NCBI RefSeq assembly: GCF_037042905.1
Contig: NC_087250.1
Location: 22,756,001-22,820,000, forward strand
Direction: 5' to 3'
Length of the DNA stretch: 64,000 bases
From: Lytechinus pictus
Lineage: Eukaryota
Of the stretch, positions 25,286 through 39,000 are shown one piece after another (within the stretch, counting starts at the first letter, position 1; every line of letters begins with the position of its first letter). The notes beneath the pieces are model-generated. The model saw only the letters and a list, made by a program, of their open reading frames with translations, did not search any database and was not told the origin of the DNA. The translations under genes were made by a program, and so were the position numbers.

Positions 25286-28200
25286 ATCTACTACTACTAC
25301 TACATCTACTACCACTACTACTACTACATGTACTGCTAGTACTACTACTACTACTGCTGCTGCTACTACTGCTACTGCTGCTGCTACTACTACTACTACT
25401 ACTACAACTATCACTACTACTACGACTACAACTTCTACTGCGACTACTACTGCTACCACCACCATTACTACTCCTACTACTACTACTACTACTACTACTG
25501 CTGCTGCTACTACTACTTCTACTACTACTACTACTACTTCTACTACTACTACTACTACTACCACCACTACTACCACTACTACTGCTACTGCTACCACTAC
25601 TACCACTACCACTACTACTCCTAAACCACCAATACTATAACTACCCCAACACCACCATCAGCACCACTAATGTTATTACTACTACTTCATACTATTAATA
25701 CTTCTTCTACATGCATATATCCATATTGAGGGGATGAAAACAATGATCATTTCATGAACAGCGCCAAACACAGAGATCCACTTACATCATACATCTTGGT
25801 TGCGTTATTGAACATCAGCTGCACATCATCAAAGAACTGATGATACCTAGAGTAATCCTCGCTCTCACATTTTGTCTTCATCACCTGAAGATCCATTGGA
25901 TTCTTGATCAACTTCTTGTAGTTTGGAACCTGGAAAAAAAAAACAGAAAATAGGTTGGTCCGATTCAGATTTTTCACAATTTCAATCAGAATATGGGACT
26001 TTTGATTATCTACTTCGCTCATTTTTTTTTTTTTTTTTTTTTTTTTTGGGGGGGGGGGGGGGCAGGTGTAGTCTAGAACCTCAAAACACAGAAAAATGGG
26101 TTTCAATATAGTGATGTTAAATTTTTTACACTCCTGGGGGCCGTTTCATAAAGCTGTTCGTAAGAACGACTGGTGATCCTTTCTTATGGTAAATAATATG
26201 TTCATTGGTGATTACTTAGCGCATGAAAAATGTTCACCAGTCGTTCTTAAAGTCGCTCTTAACTTACAAAGAGCTTTATGAAATACCCACCCGGTTCAAA
26301 TATATATTTTTTTAATTTCCTTGTAGTTTGGAACCTGACAATGGGTTGGTTGGATTAAGTGTTTCAAAACAGTGAAATTGTAATTTTCACAATCCCAATC
26401 CAAAAATAAGATTTTTGATCATTTTCTTGTAGCTGGGGAACCTGTAAACACACAAGATATGGGTTGCTTAGATTTAATATTTCAAAATAGTGAAATAGGT
26501 ACTGTTATTTTCTGTTTATAGGTTAAAATCAAAAAGGAAAATCTCTTTTTGGTCCTTTACTTTTAATGTGAAAATTTATTCAATTTTAATACCTTGGCAA
26601 AACAGAATTCATGCTTTTGGAGTGTACATTTTCTCTGACACAGGAATTTTCATTTTAGATCATGTTTGAAATGGAAAGGACCCCAAACAAACTCAACACA
26701 AGGTAAACTAACCTCAGATTTAGTAGGTGGTTGTCTGAGTGGTTTGCTGTCTCGGTATTTTAACATCTTGGATATCACACCATCAGCTGCCTGTAAAGAA
26801 TAATTGAATATAAGAATCCTTACTTTCTTCATATTGGCAACATTAACTTTCACTATTGCATCTTCCCATAGCATAAATGTAAAAATTCAGTTTCAGTTTG
26901 GTGTCTTTTTTTCATATCTCACAAAATATTCAATACAATGTAACGTCCATCAAAAGACAATAAATCATTAATGATAAAGTAATACAATACATCACAATAA
27001 TTCAATATAAATAAGACAATGGTTATAAAATTGAACGTACCAGATCAGGGACAGATATAACAATAAGATTAGGATATGAAGGGCAAACTATTAAAAAGCT
27101 AATTTATAGTTTCCCTATTAAAAAATTATAATTATAATCCTGACGTTTTCAAATTTCTCTGAATTACTTTAAATCTCAAACTGAATTACTTTAAAGTCTC
27201 AGACCTCATTTTGACGCACGGCTATGCGGTTACACAATCATGCAACATTATATAAGTGTGTCAGTCTCAAAATTGTTCAAAAGTGGGATTTCATGTACAA
27301 AGTAAATATAAAATGTGTTTTCAGCTACAATTCATAAATTTTACTTTTATTGACAAGCAGTAATTTGATGCAATTATAACATTGCTGACAAAATTTGTCA
27401 AGAAAACAATAACAATAAAAAGAACAAATACATAGGAAATTAAAAAAAAATATCATACTAAAGAAATTGATTTTGGTACCAGAATTTGTTTTCATTTACA
27501 ATTGTTTGGGGTGCTGTAAAATTGTATTTAAACAAAAAATTAGCATTCCAGGTATTTATTTAGTGGATTGGAGCAAAAAGCATGATTTCATGAATGAATT
27601 AGCATAATTAATTCATACAAACTAACATATGTCAATTCAGCATACCTCAATGTCTAGTTTAGGTAATCGCTTTGGAGGAGGGGCCCTCGGAGCTGGCTTC
27701 TTTTTAGCCTGCTGTCGGGTCCGACCTCTCGTGGATTTAGTCTGCGGCGCCCTTTTTCTTTCCCTCAGTCGCGCCCTCGTCTTGCGCAATCCTGCTTTGA
27801 CCCCTCGCAATGACCTCTTAAAGTTTGTATCATCGTCGTCGGATTCATCCTCAGACTCGTACTCCTCAGAATCTTCCTCTTCTTCTTCTTCCGAGCTCTC
27901 GGATTCGATCTCGGCGTAATTTCGGTTCCTCACGGCTCGTACTGTGCTAGGCTGTCGAGATATGATGAAAAATGGGATGGAATGTTAGAAGTTGATTAAA
28001 AAATAATCAAAGTTCTTGAATTAATTCCATGAACTTGTAATTCAACAACTGGTTGTGGGGAGTGCCTGAAACGCAGACCTGCCAACCTCTGGGAATGAAA
28101 AACTGTATTCTGTGATTTAAAAAACTGTATTTTTCCCCCAAAAAGTGTATTTCATAATAAAATGCGTGGCGCACTCGCTCATCACGGCGCTCAAGCTGCA

Positions 28201-29942
28201 TGCAAGCTAAAATGCGCACTGCTCTTGCAGATGAAAAAAAACAAACATTGAAACATGTGTATAATTATCTCACCCTGGTTTTAACAAAATGATTGAAAAA
28301 AAAAAAAACAAGTTACCTGAAATAACATTGATCTAATAACCATATTTGTGTACGTTTTATGAAACAAAGACATATAGAGATGATTTTTCTCAATAAATTA
28401 CGATTTTGTAAAGAAAATGAAATAAAAAAAAAAAAACGTATTTTTAAAAGAAAAAACGTACTGCCGTATTTTGGTTGAAAAACATACTAAGTACGCCAAA
28501 AACGTACTGGTTGGCAGGTCTGGAAATCTAAGTAAAATGGGAAAGTTATGAATAGATGAATAGGTACATGTATGAGCCCTGGTCAAGTCTTTTGGATGGT
28601 GATGTTAAAGGTCAGTCCCAGCTTAAAAATCATATCTCATTGATATGCGTCTGTAAAAACAAACTCACACACTTTCTAAAACAATTTAGTAGTCTCATTT
28701 TTTTGTTCATATTTTAATTTCAATTTAATGTGGACAGATTCTCCCTACCCCTAATAAACATAATAGAATAGTCCAAGCTACTTCACTTACTGCGCATGCT
28801 GGATGCACCCATTCTCTAGTAGAGAGATCAGCTGGAGCACTATCCATTTTAATTTTCATATGGACAGATCCTCCCTACCCCTAATAAGCATAATAGAATA
28901 GTCCAAACGACTTTGCTTCCTGCACAAGCTCGACACATCCATACTCCAGTAGGGAGATCATCTAGCCCACTATTAATTCTTTAGTATCATATGAACTAAT
29001 CCTCCCTACCCCTATCAAACATAATAGAATAGTCCAAGCCATTTTACTTACTGCGCATGCTGGACACATCCATTCTCCAGTAAGGAAATCATCTAGCCCA
29101 CTATTCATTCTTTAGTATCATATGGACTAATCCTCCCTACCCCTATCAAACATAATAGAATAGTCCAAGTCATTTTACTTACTGCACATGCTGGACACAT
29201 CCATTCTCCAGTAGGGAAGTCAGCCAGAGCAGGGCGTAGGCAGAACAGATGGAATGGCTGATTACACTTATCACACATAATGACCTTATCCTCGTTCCCT
29301 TTCCGTCTGCAGATCTTGCACTTTGCGTTCGCGGCCGACTTCTCCCACTTGACGGAGATCTCGTAAATGCAGAGTAGGACGTGGAGGCGTGAAAGAGTGG
29401 TGGCTCTGTTGACAAGCTCACGCCACTTCACTACTTTCTCGGACTCGCTTGGTTTTTCGTCTGCACAGGAAGAATCAATCAGTAAATTAAGAAAGTGATC
29501 TTTCGTCCATTATCGTTCCTTGACCTTAGCTTTCCGTGGTACATGACTTATCCACTTTCTGGTGCCCGTTTGCAATCAAATGCAGAATATACAATGAAAT
29601 TCAGAATTAAAAATCAAACGAGACTTGATCTTTAACCAGTCAAAAGAGTAAAATTATGATGCCTTTAAATGCATCTCTTTCTTTGTCATTATTATTATTA
29701 ATATCAATCAATATCATAATTATCTGAAACAGGAATATTTGAACTCTGATCTTCTTCCTCAAAATGGTATCCAATTTTAGGCTTAAGTTTGGTGAGAGCC
29801 ATCTTGCCTTGTTATTATCATGTATTTAATAATTTATTTATTCAGTTACTTATTTATTTATGATGTATTTATACTAAACAAATTAATACATAAATATTAT
29901 CATTATCATCATTTCATTAATATCATCATCCTCCTCACCACC

Positions 29943-29976
<34 letters not shown>

Positions 29977-30049
29977 TCATTTCATTAATATCATCATCAT
30001 CATTATCATCATTTCATTAATATCATCCTCCTCCTCATCATCATCATCG

Positions 30050-30089
<40 letters not shown>

Positions 30090-33000
30090 TACTATTATCT
30101 CAAACAGGAATATTTGAACTCTGACCTTCTGCTTGGTTTCCGTCTTCATCTTCATAATGGTATCCAATTTTAGGTTTAGGTTTGGTGGGAGCCATCTTAC
30201 CTTGGAGGAACTTCAGATTCACGCAAGCCTGACTCTCAATCAAGAGTGGTTTCTGAAATAAAAGAAAGAAAAATTAAAAATCCATATTTCAATGACCAAA
30301 ATAGAAATCTGAGAGTAGAAATATTCCAAACATTTATTTTATCGTGGGATCTGCAGCTACTGTGCAGCACCAGATCGACGAGGAACGCCAAACAGGCTAG
30401 CAGCAACTCCCATTCTTTTTACGTCTTTTGGTCTGACGCAGATGGGGTTTGAACTCCCAACCTCCCGATTGTGAGACGGACACTCTACCAACTGAGCCAA
30501 CATACCAGGGAAAAAATTACACAAAAAGACATTACAGGATAGATCTTCATGCACTCCGATCTTTCTCAACAATCATTATGAGACGGCCTTCACCTCTTAC
30601 GTGTACTTCGCACCAATGCACACTCGGTGCCGCGGGAACTTTGCATTTCACACTCAAACAAACATTGTTTTACCCTTTTTACAATAACTGTTTTACCCTT
30701 TTACAATAATACATTATATGAGAGAATTTAGGCATTATTTACCAAATTTCTGGTCATTATAATTTAAAACAATCTATATAGTCAGAAAGCTTGTGAAATT
30801 CTCTAAAACTTTGCTATGAAACATTCTCCTCAAAATGTAGTGAAAAGTTATAGCGAGTTGAACTGAGCAAGTCCATTTTGTTTACCGCTCCTGATCCCTC
30901 CCTCAAAATAATTCAGCACAGAGTTAATGAAGAGGGCCAATCCCAATGCACACCTCACTCATGATTAAGAGCAGTTTCTGAAAACGAGAAATTACCCAGT
31001 AGTTTGAATACTCAAATCGTGATCATATTGGCCCGAATTCTGAAGTCAGGTTTAACTTAGACCATGGTCTAACTCTGTGCTAAAATTATGGGAAGCCAAA
31101 AGTGTCAATTTTTTTTATTAAGTTGTATGTTTCTTATGTTTACTATGCTCTTTCCTGATTCATCGATGGTGAAGACAATCTAATTATACTTCCTACACAA
31201 TTATGAATGATTATATCCCTACTGTTAGTGATTTATGTAACAATTGGCTATCCATACTTAAACCACATCTTTAACCCGAAAAGAACTGGGGGGCCATGAT
31301 GGCCCACGTCTCGATGCAAAATTTTACGTATTTTTTCTTTGAAGTCTCACGCAACTTTTGAGACCAAATTCACGACATACGGGTATAGCATCGCGATGTC
31401 ACGTGACTTTTTACGAGACAATGTCATGCCGAAAATGGCTCATTTTTAAACTTTGTGTACAAAGTCTATGGGAGATGAAATTCATAAAGGGGTGATTATT
31501 TTTCCTTCTAATTGGTCTGCTTAATTAATTTAGGGTTTAATTTAGTTGTTAAATGGTCTGTAATAATTCCCATTGAGAAAAACAATAAAAACAAGATGAA
31601 AAAACAAAGAAATACATAAGAAATTCTAAAAACAAAGAAATACATAAGGAAAAAATTGGCTTTCACAATTTTTCTTTGTAGAAACCTTTAAATTAGATTA
31701 CAAAGATGACATCTGCAAAAAAAGAAGAAAATTTGAAGTGAAATTGGGTGTTAAATATGCAAATAATGTTTTTCATGAATAAATTTGCATATTTTATTCA
31801 TAATAAATAAAAATGATTATTTTCAGAATTTTTTATATACTAGCTTGTAGTTTATGTGATAAAGAATGTGCGTGCCAAATTGCGGCACGATCGCGCGAAT
31901 GGCGGCCGAGATCAGAAGGGGGGCCATCATGGCCCCCCCCCCCCTTCCCGTCCTCAATACATCTCAAATGGCCCAGTCCTTTTAGGGTTAAACCCGAGTT
32001 TAAATTAAACCCGACTTCAGAATACGGACCATCGAGTTCAAAATCATGAGTATCCCACGATAGAAAACCATGAATTACAATATAAATATCTTACCAATTC
32101 CTTTAGTTTAGTAGCGTTGTCCAGCTGTTTCTCCCACTTTTCAAACTTGGTGACCCCTCCAAGATTCCCCTGTCTGATGTGAGTCTCTATGTCCTTGAGA
32201 TCTTCCTTGAAGGAGTCTAGGAGCTCCCGAGGACCGTCGGAATCACGAAGCTGTTGACTAGACCTAGATAAAACAACCAAACCAGTTAGAGATGATATGG
32301 CTCAGTGGATAAGTGGATTTTGAATCACAAAGTCTGAGGTTAAAACTCCTTATGATCTTCTTTAAAGAGTCTAAGAGTTCCCTGGGACGGTTGGGTTCAC
32401 AAACTCTGGACCAGACGTTGACAGAATCACAATCAAAATGTTTAGAGTTGTTGTGGCTTAGTGGATAAGTGTCCAGACTTTGGATCACAATGTCCCAGGT
32501 TAAAATTCCTTATGATCTAGATAAAGTCATTAAAACAGAGATGTTGTGACTCAGTGGATAAGTCTGGATTTCAAATCGCAAATTAATTTCAATTATCTTT
32601 GAAGGAGTCAGAGTTCCCTAGGACCGTCAGAATCATAAAGCTGCTCACCAGACCTTGATAAAAACAACCAAAACATTTAGAGGTGTTGAGGCTCAGTGGA
32701 TAAGTCTCCGGATTTTGAATACAAGGTCTGGGGTTCAGATCCCACCACAGCACTCGCGTACATCAACAACGCAGTTAGATAATATTTAAAAAAAACAATC
32801 AAAATGTTAAGAATTGTTGTGGGTCAGTGGATAAATCTTCAGGCTTTGAATCACAAGGTTTGGGGTTCAAATCCCACCATATTGATAAAGAGTTGTGACA
32901 TTGATGGCCTTCCATAATTGAAATTAATTGAATTCATCACAAGTACTTGTGTAAGCTCTACAAATAAATTATCAATTTCATCAGTCTGCCTTTCTGTGCT

Positions 33001-36000
33001 GAATTTGAAACCTATTTAATATTGCCAGTTTTTTCTTCAATACTGTTCATTAAATCTGGGGAAAAACTCAAAACTAATTGGAACAAGTGAAGCACCTCTG
33101 GCATTCTCACCTGCATTACACGATTCAATATAGCAGCAGTGCTGACTCTGAAAACTACTATAATATGAATATTCACAAAAAACACCATTCATATAATCAT
33201 ACAATACTACGTTCAGTGACCCTAAATGATATTTGACCTTGATCATGTGACCCAAGACTTGTCAGTGATACTTGATTACCCTTATGTCCACATTTCATAA
33301 ACTACATCCATAAACTTTGAAAGTTATGACAGCAATTTAATAATTACCTAAAACATGGCGAAAGTTCATTGACCTTAAATGACCTTTGACTTTGGTCATG
33401 TGACCTGAAACTTGCATGAGATGTTAAGTGATACTTGTAACTCCTATGTCCAAGTTTTATGAGTCAGATCCATAAACTTTCGAAGTTATAATGGTAATTC
33501 AACAAATACCCCCAACTTGGCCAAAGTTCATTGACCTTAAATGACCTTTGACCTTGGTCATGTGACCTGAAACTCGCACAGGATGTTCAGTGATACTTGA
33601 ATACTCTAATTTCCAAGTTTCATGATATGCTGTCATTTCAAAAACTTAACCTTTGGTTAAAGGGGAATCCAGCCATGGCCATAAAATGCTGTGTTGGGAA
33701 GGAGAAAAATAAATGAAACAGAATGGTGAAAATTTGAAAGAAATCGGACAAGAAATAAGAAAGTTATAGCTGCTTTAAATTGGGATCACTAATAGTATGT
33801 AGATTTCAAACTGGCAACTGGGTAAGTAAATTATGACAAGGGGCAAGGACAACTTTCCCATAGGCCATGTACTTTATTATCAGGGAATTGTGGTTTTCTC
33901 CTAAGTACCCATTCCCCTGGGGCAGTAATCTAAATATAACCCAGGTAGTATATTGTTTAATGTCCTCATGAAAGAAAAATATAATTTGAAATAAAACTTT
34001 GAGGAAAAATGACATTTTAGCAATAATATGTAGTGGAGTACATGGAAGAGTAGTCCTTGCCTTACATCACTATGACATCCCATATGCGGCCAATTTGAAC
34101 TCTCCATGAGTATAGTGATTACCAATATTTACAACTTTGAAAAATTCATAACTTTCTTGTTGTTTGTCCAATATTGTTCAAACTTTCACATATCAACTTG
34201 TCTGATTTTTCTTTTTCTTATAAAAACAAGTTTTTATTTGGGTTGGATTCCCCTTTAAGATTTTATGTTGACGACGCCGGAAAAGCGGCGCCTATAGTCT
34301 CACTCTGCTATGCAGGTGAGACAAAAATGAATTGTTAATGGTGATTTCTCTTTTTTCTTCAAAACTTACCTCCGAGCAGCTATGACGAGTTTTGAATACT
34401 CGCTGTAATGTTTCTGAATCTCAGCAAAGAGGGCGCTTTCTCTAATTCCTCTGTTGTCTAAAATTGTCTGTAAGCTCTCTAATTCCTTGATTGTGTCATA
34501 CTGGAACCACATGTTCTGACCAATCTTTGGAAAGCTGTTCAGAAAAAAAAAATTTAGTTACAAATACATAATCTGGTAAAAACAATAAAGCTGAACTGAA
34601 ATAGTTCAGATTTTTAAAACAAATAAATAGAAATTCCAAAGGCCTAAAAACTTTGTAATCATTCGCAAAACAGTTACAGTGGGGCTCAAAAGTTAGTTAA
34701 CCCCACAGTAAAATGAACATAGTTAAAGTTCTGCCATGTTTTAGATATTTTATTGTGAATTCGGGTGATAAAATATTACATTTAAAATGTGTTTTTCTGG
34801 GCTTCTCGAACATTGTAGTGTTGTTGTCCATGTTCAACACTCAGCATGAAGGAGTATATGTACAACACAGTGATATGCAAATGAGAGAGTTGATGATATC
34901 ACTTTCTCACTATTTTGTATTTTATTGTTTGAATCAAACAACTTTTAATATCTTACAAATTTGAGAATAAGGAGACTATTCATCGCAATATAATAGGTTA
35001 CAATGGAAATTCAACATGTTCAGGGAGGAATCAAACTCTTCGCAAAGAGTTATGATTGATCCAATCGATTGTAACTCTATGGAAATCCATCAAAGTCTTA
35101 ATTTTTTCTACAGGATATGTGCAAAATGTCCTTTGTAAAGAAAGGAGATCACACCAAATTGTCAAGAAATCAATGAATTTATGGATATGCATTCATATCT
35201 AGATTTAAAAAAAAAATAAACATGCATTTTATATGTCGACTTTGCTGGTTTTCCATAGTTGCAATTGATTGGATCAATCGTAACTCTTTGTATGACAGGG
35301 CCCTGTTTATCATAACACTGAATCCCCGGATGCTGTTTCACTCTTCAGAACATTTAGCCATTTGAGAAAGAATCTGAAATGAAACTCACGTTTTCTCTTT
35401 CCATACGGGATTCTCTTCCTCTCCTGAACCCTCATCAACCTCCATCACATCGTCGTCATCATCGTTAGTCTCACAATCGGACTGAGCGATGGAATAGTCC
35501 ATTTCCTTTGAGGCCCACCCCTTCTCTATGAATAGTCCAGGGACGACTGAAGAGAAGATCCAGTATCGACTGTGATTCCTGTCGTAGCCGATCGGTTGTT
35601 TCCGTAATACCAACTTTGCGTTGTCCATTCCCTCCTGAAGAAAAAGGGGGAAAAGTAATCATATCTCATTTGAAATATATCCACTTTTAAAGAGGTACTT
35701 CATGCTGAAAAGTATTTCTTTTGAATTGATAGACTATAATCAAACAAACAAAAAACTGAAAATTTCATCAACATGGACACGAAATAACAATGTTTCAAAA
35801 TTGTTATCATTTTGCATTACTTGGGTGAAACAGCTCTATGCAAGTCCTTGTGAATATGCAATGAACGAGCTGATCATGTAATCTCTCCACCAATTATTTT
35901 CTTGCGCAAGACATGAAAGCTAAAGCCGGGGTAATAATAATAATAGCAGGGCCCGCTAAGAGAACAGTTTACAGAACTGAAGTGGCTTCCCTGGGTAAAT

Positions 36001-39000
36001 ATACCTATATTATTATTATTATTGTCAATATGAAAGAAATTAAAAAGTCATGAAACGGCCTGGCAACTGCTTTCTCCTTTGCAAACATATGACATGAAAC
36101 ATGAAGGGGTGGACTTGGGTCTCTTTAAGGACAAGTCCACTCCAACTAAAAGTTGTTATGGATAAAAAGAGAAAAACCCAACAGCAATCCTGGTTGGTAT
36201 GCACATGAGGAGACTGATGAAGTCACCGACCAACTACTTCTACTGTATTTTATGATATGAAATATTCTAAATTGCTCCTCATTGTCCTGTGAAACAAAGT
36301 CTTCTCCACACCGAACATGTGGAATTACCATTGCTCTAACATTTTATGGTTCAGTTAAGTTGGTCCTTATTGTCAAATCTGCAAACAAATGAAATATAGT
36401 ATAATTCAAACAATAAAAAACGAAATAGTGAGGGACATCTTCGACTCCCTCATTGGTATATAACTGAGTTGTGCATATAACTATCAGCATTATGCTTGTT
36501 TGATGTTTCTCTATTGATTCAAATCAACATTTTTTCTGGGATGGACTTGGCGTTTAAAGGGAAGAACAATCCTAAAAACTGGCAACATATAAAATATGTA
36601 CCTTAAATGTCTTTTCAAACTGCTCCTCTTCCTTCTGCTTCCGGAGTTCCTCTTGTTCTTTCAAACGTCTGGGGAAAGAAAGAGGGATGATACGAGAGAC
36701 GGAAAGAGAGCAGTAGAGGCAGAGAAAACAAGAGTGAGAGTGAGGGAAGGGAGAGAAAGAGATTGTATGAATACATATATATATAATCTCTAAGCGTGTG
36801 GAAGGCTTTTTGTTGGGCTAATACAACTGCTTCTTTAAAAGGTATGTATTTTAACACAGATATGAATCTGTCAAAGTTTGTTATTGATCTGATATCATGA
36901 GGTGGGTTGTCCACAATTGAGCTGCCATTTTCCCAAAAGCTCTTTATCCTAATTTATACAACTCCCTTTAATATAAGCATCTTACCTCTCCTTTTCAATC
37001 TTTTCTTGGACCTCTCTCTCTGCTTTGGTTTTGGCTGCAAGGAGTCGTCTCCTCTTGACTACAGAAGCAAGGTCCAGACACTCCTCTTCCTTCTCTTCCT
37101 CTTTCTTTGGTTCGACTTTCGGCTTCTTGCTGGCCTTGGGAACTGGCTTAGAAGATATATCTGAAAAAGAGAAGGTTTTTATTTTGCGTTCAACATATCA
37201 TTTTGGGGAAAGAAAATGGTATGGTAAGCTGAGTCACAAGCTTAAAACATTTGCAAGATGTTTTGTTTGAAATTATCATATCATCATCATCACCACCATC
37301 ATCTTCATCACCACCACTATCACCCCCCACCATCACCGCCACCACAATCACCACTACTACCACCACCACCACGATCACCACCACCATAATCATCACCCAT
37401 AATCATCACCCTGAAGTCATTCCTTACCTTGCTTTTCTTCACCAGCTTCATTCTTCTCAGCTGCTGCTTTTGCTTTCTCCTCTTCTTTCTTCTGCCTCTC
37501 CACCTCTCGCTCTTCCTTCAGTTTCTTCTGCTCTTCCTTCTTCAGCTTATTCTTCTCCATCTGAGCCTTAGCCCTATCATTCCTAAAGAAAAACAAAACA
37601 AAGAGAGAGAGAGATAAAGAAAAGACATCACATAGGGATACAGCTGCAGTAAAGCGTGTCAATCAAGGTGACACATTTTCTCTGGTGACAATTGCTCCAG
37701 GCTTTATTTTGTCTAAGATATAGGGTTAGGGTTGCAATAGGGTTTTATGTTGGGATTAGGATAGGGTATAGTTTTAAATCCAGGTTTAAGGTGGTCATTT
37801 GATTAGTGCGTGGACTTAATTGTCGCCATAGCAAATGTCATGGACATACGAAGGCCAATGGAGGGGGAGGTGGGGGGGGAGACAGCTCAAGGGACGGTTT
37901 AAGGAAGTGACGGTAAAAGATACAGAGAGAACATCTCTCTGACGCTCCTATGGATAAATTTTGATTTAGAAAGGGCCTTAAATTCTCAGGAGGCAGAGGG
38001 CGATTTTCTGTAGCTTATTCAGAAGCGTGAGCTTTCTTGCTGAAGGAAATAACGTCAGGGCCGTGATTTGAACCCACAAACCAAAGTTTCAAGTCAGGAG
38101 ACTAATACCCTGGCCCACATTGCTTAAAATTTTACCCTTCTTTGGGGCACGACATTTCTGAGACCTACACAAAGATGATTAGGGGCCTGTCACATAAAGC
38201 ATATCGATCGATTGTGGGGCTGATTTTGCGATTGATCATACACAATAAATCAGCTCCATGATCAATTGCTAGGCTTTATGTTACTGGGACAAGTTTATTT
38301 TTGTGTAGCATTGTGCTGCACTCAACCCAGGTGAGATAAATGGGTACCTGGCAGGAATTTATTCCTTGAAATGCCACCGCGCCGTAAAAGGCTACGGGGC
38401 TAAAGCCAGGGTAATAATTTCGAATTGAGCGCATAGGGACGCATTTGGCAGTGATATGCGCAATATTAGCATGTTGGTATTAATATTTGTTTAGCGGGAT
38501 TAAAACAAATAATCAATTAACTCCCCCCAATCAGTTATATTGGGAGAGACCTGCAGGTCATAGTGATTCAGTTTGCTTTTCGCCTCGCAGGCACAGGTGA
38601 CGCCAAACAAATAATAAAATTAAAAATCAAAACCTACCATAGAGTTGCTGCCTGGCGCTGTTTCTCGTCCATGAATTCAATGACTGCGTAAGAGGCCAAG
38701 ATACGATGACACAAACAAACCATGATCGTCAATTTCTCCGTCGGTTCCAACTCAAAGAATTCGCAAGATTCCAGTTGTTCAATCAGATCTTGAGGCTTTA
38801 AGGGAATGTAATCAATATCAGAATTGCAGGGATGTTGAAGTTTACAAATATTGGTTTGTAATCACAGTCCTGCCATCAAATGTGGCTGACAATCAAATTA
38901 TTTTCTAATCGCATCCTAAGGCTGCAAATGTTATTCCATTCAAATTTGTTAACTAAAATATTATGTCATCAAAATCCTGCACTCAAATGTAACTTGTAAT

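Noticed and set aside
25063..25698. 211-aa poly-Leu and 152-aa poly-Val ORFs
   Set aside because: Same microsatellite artefact, inside a BAZ1B intron.
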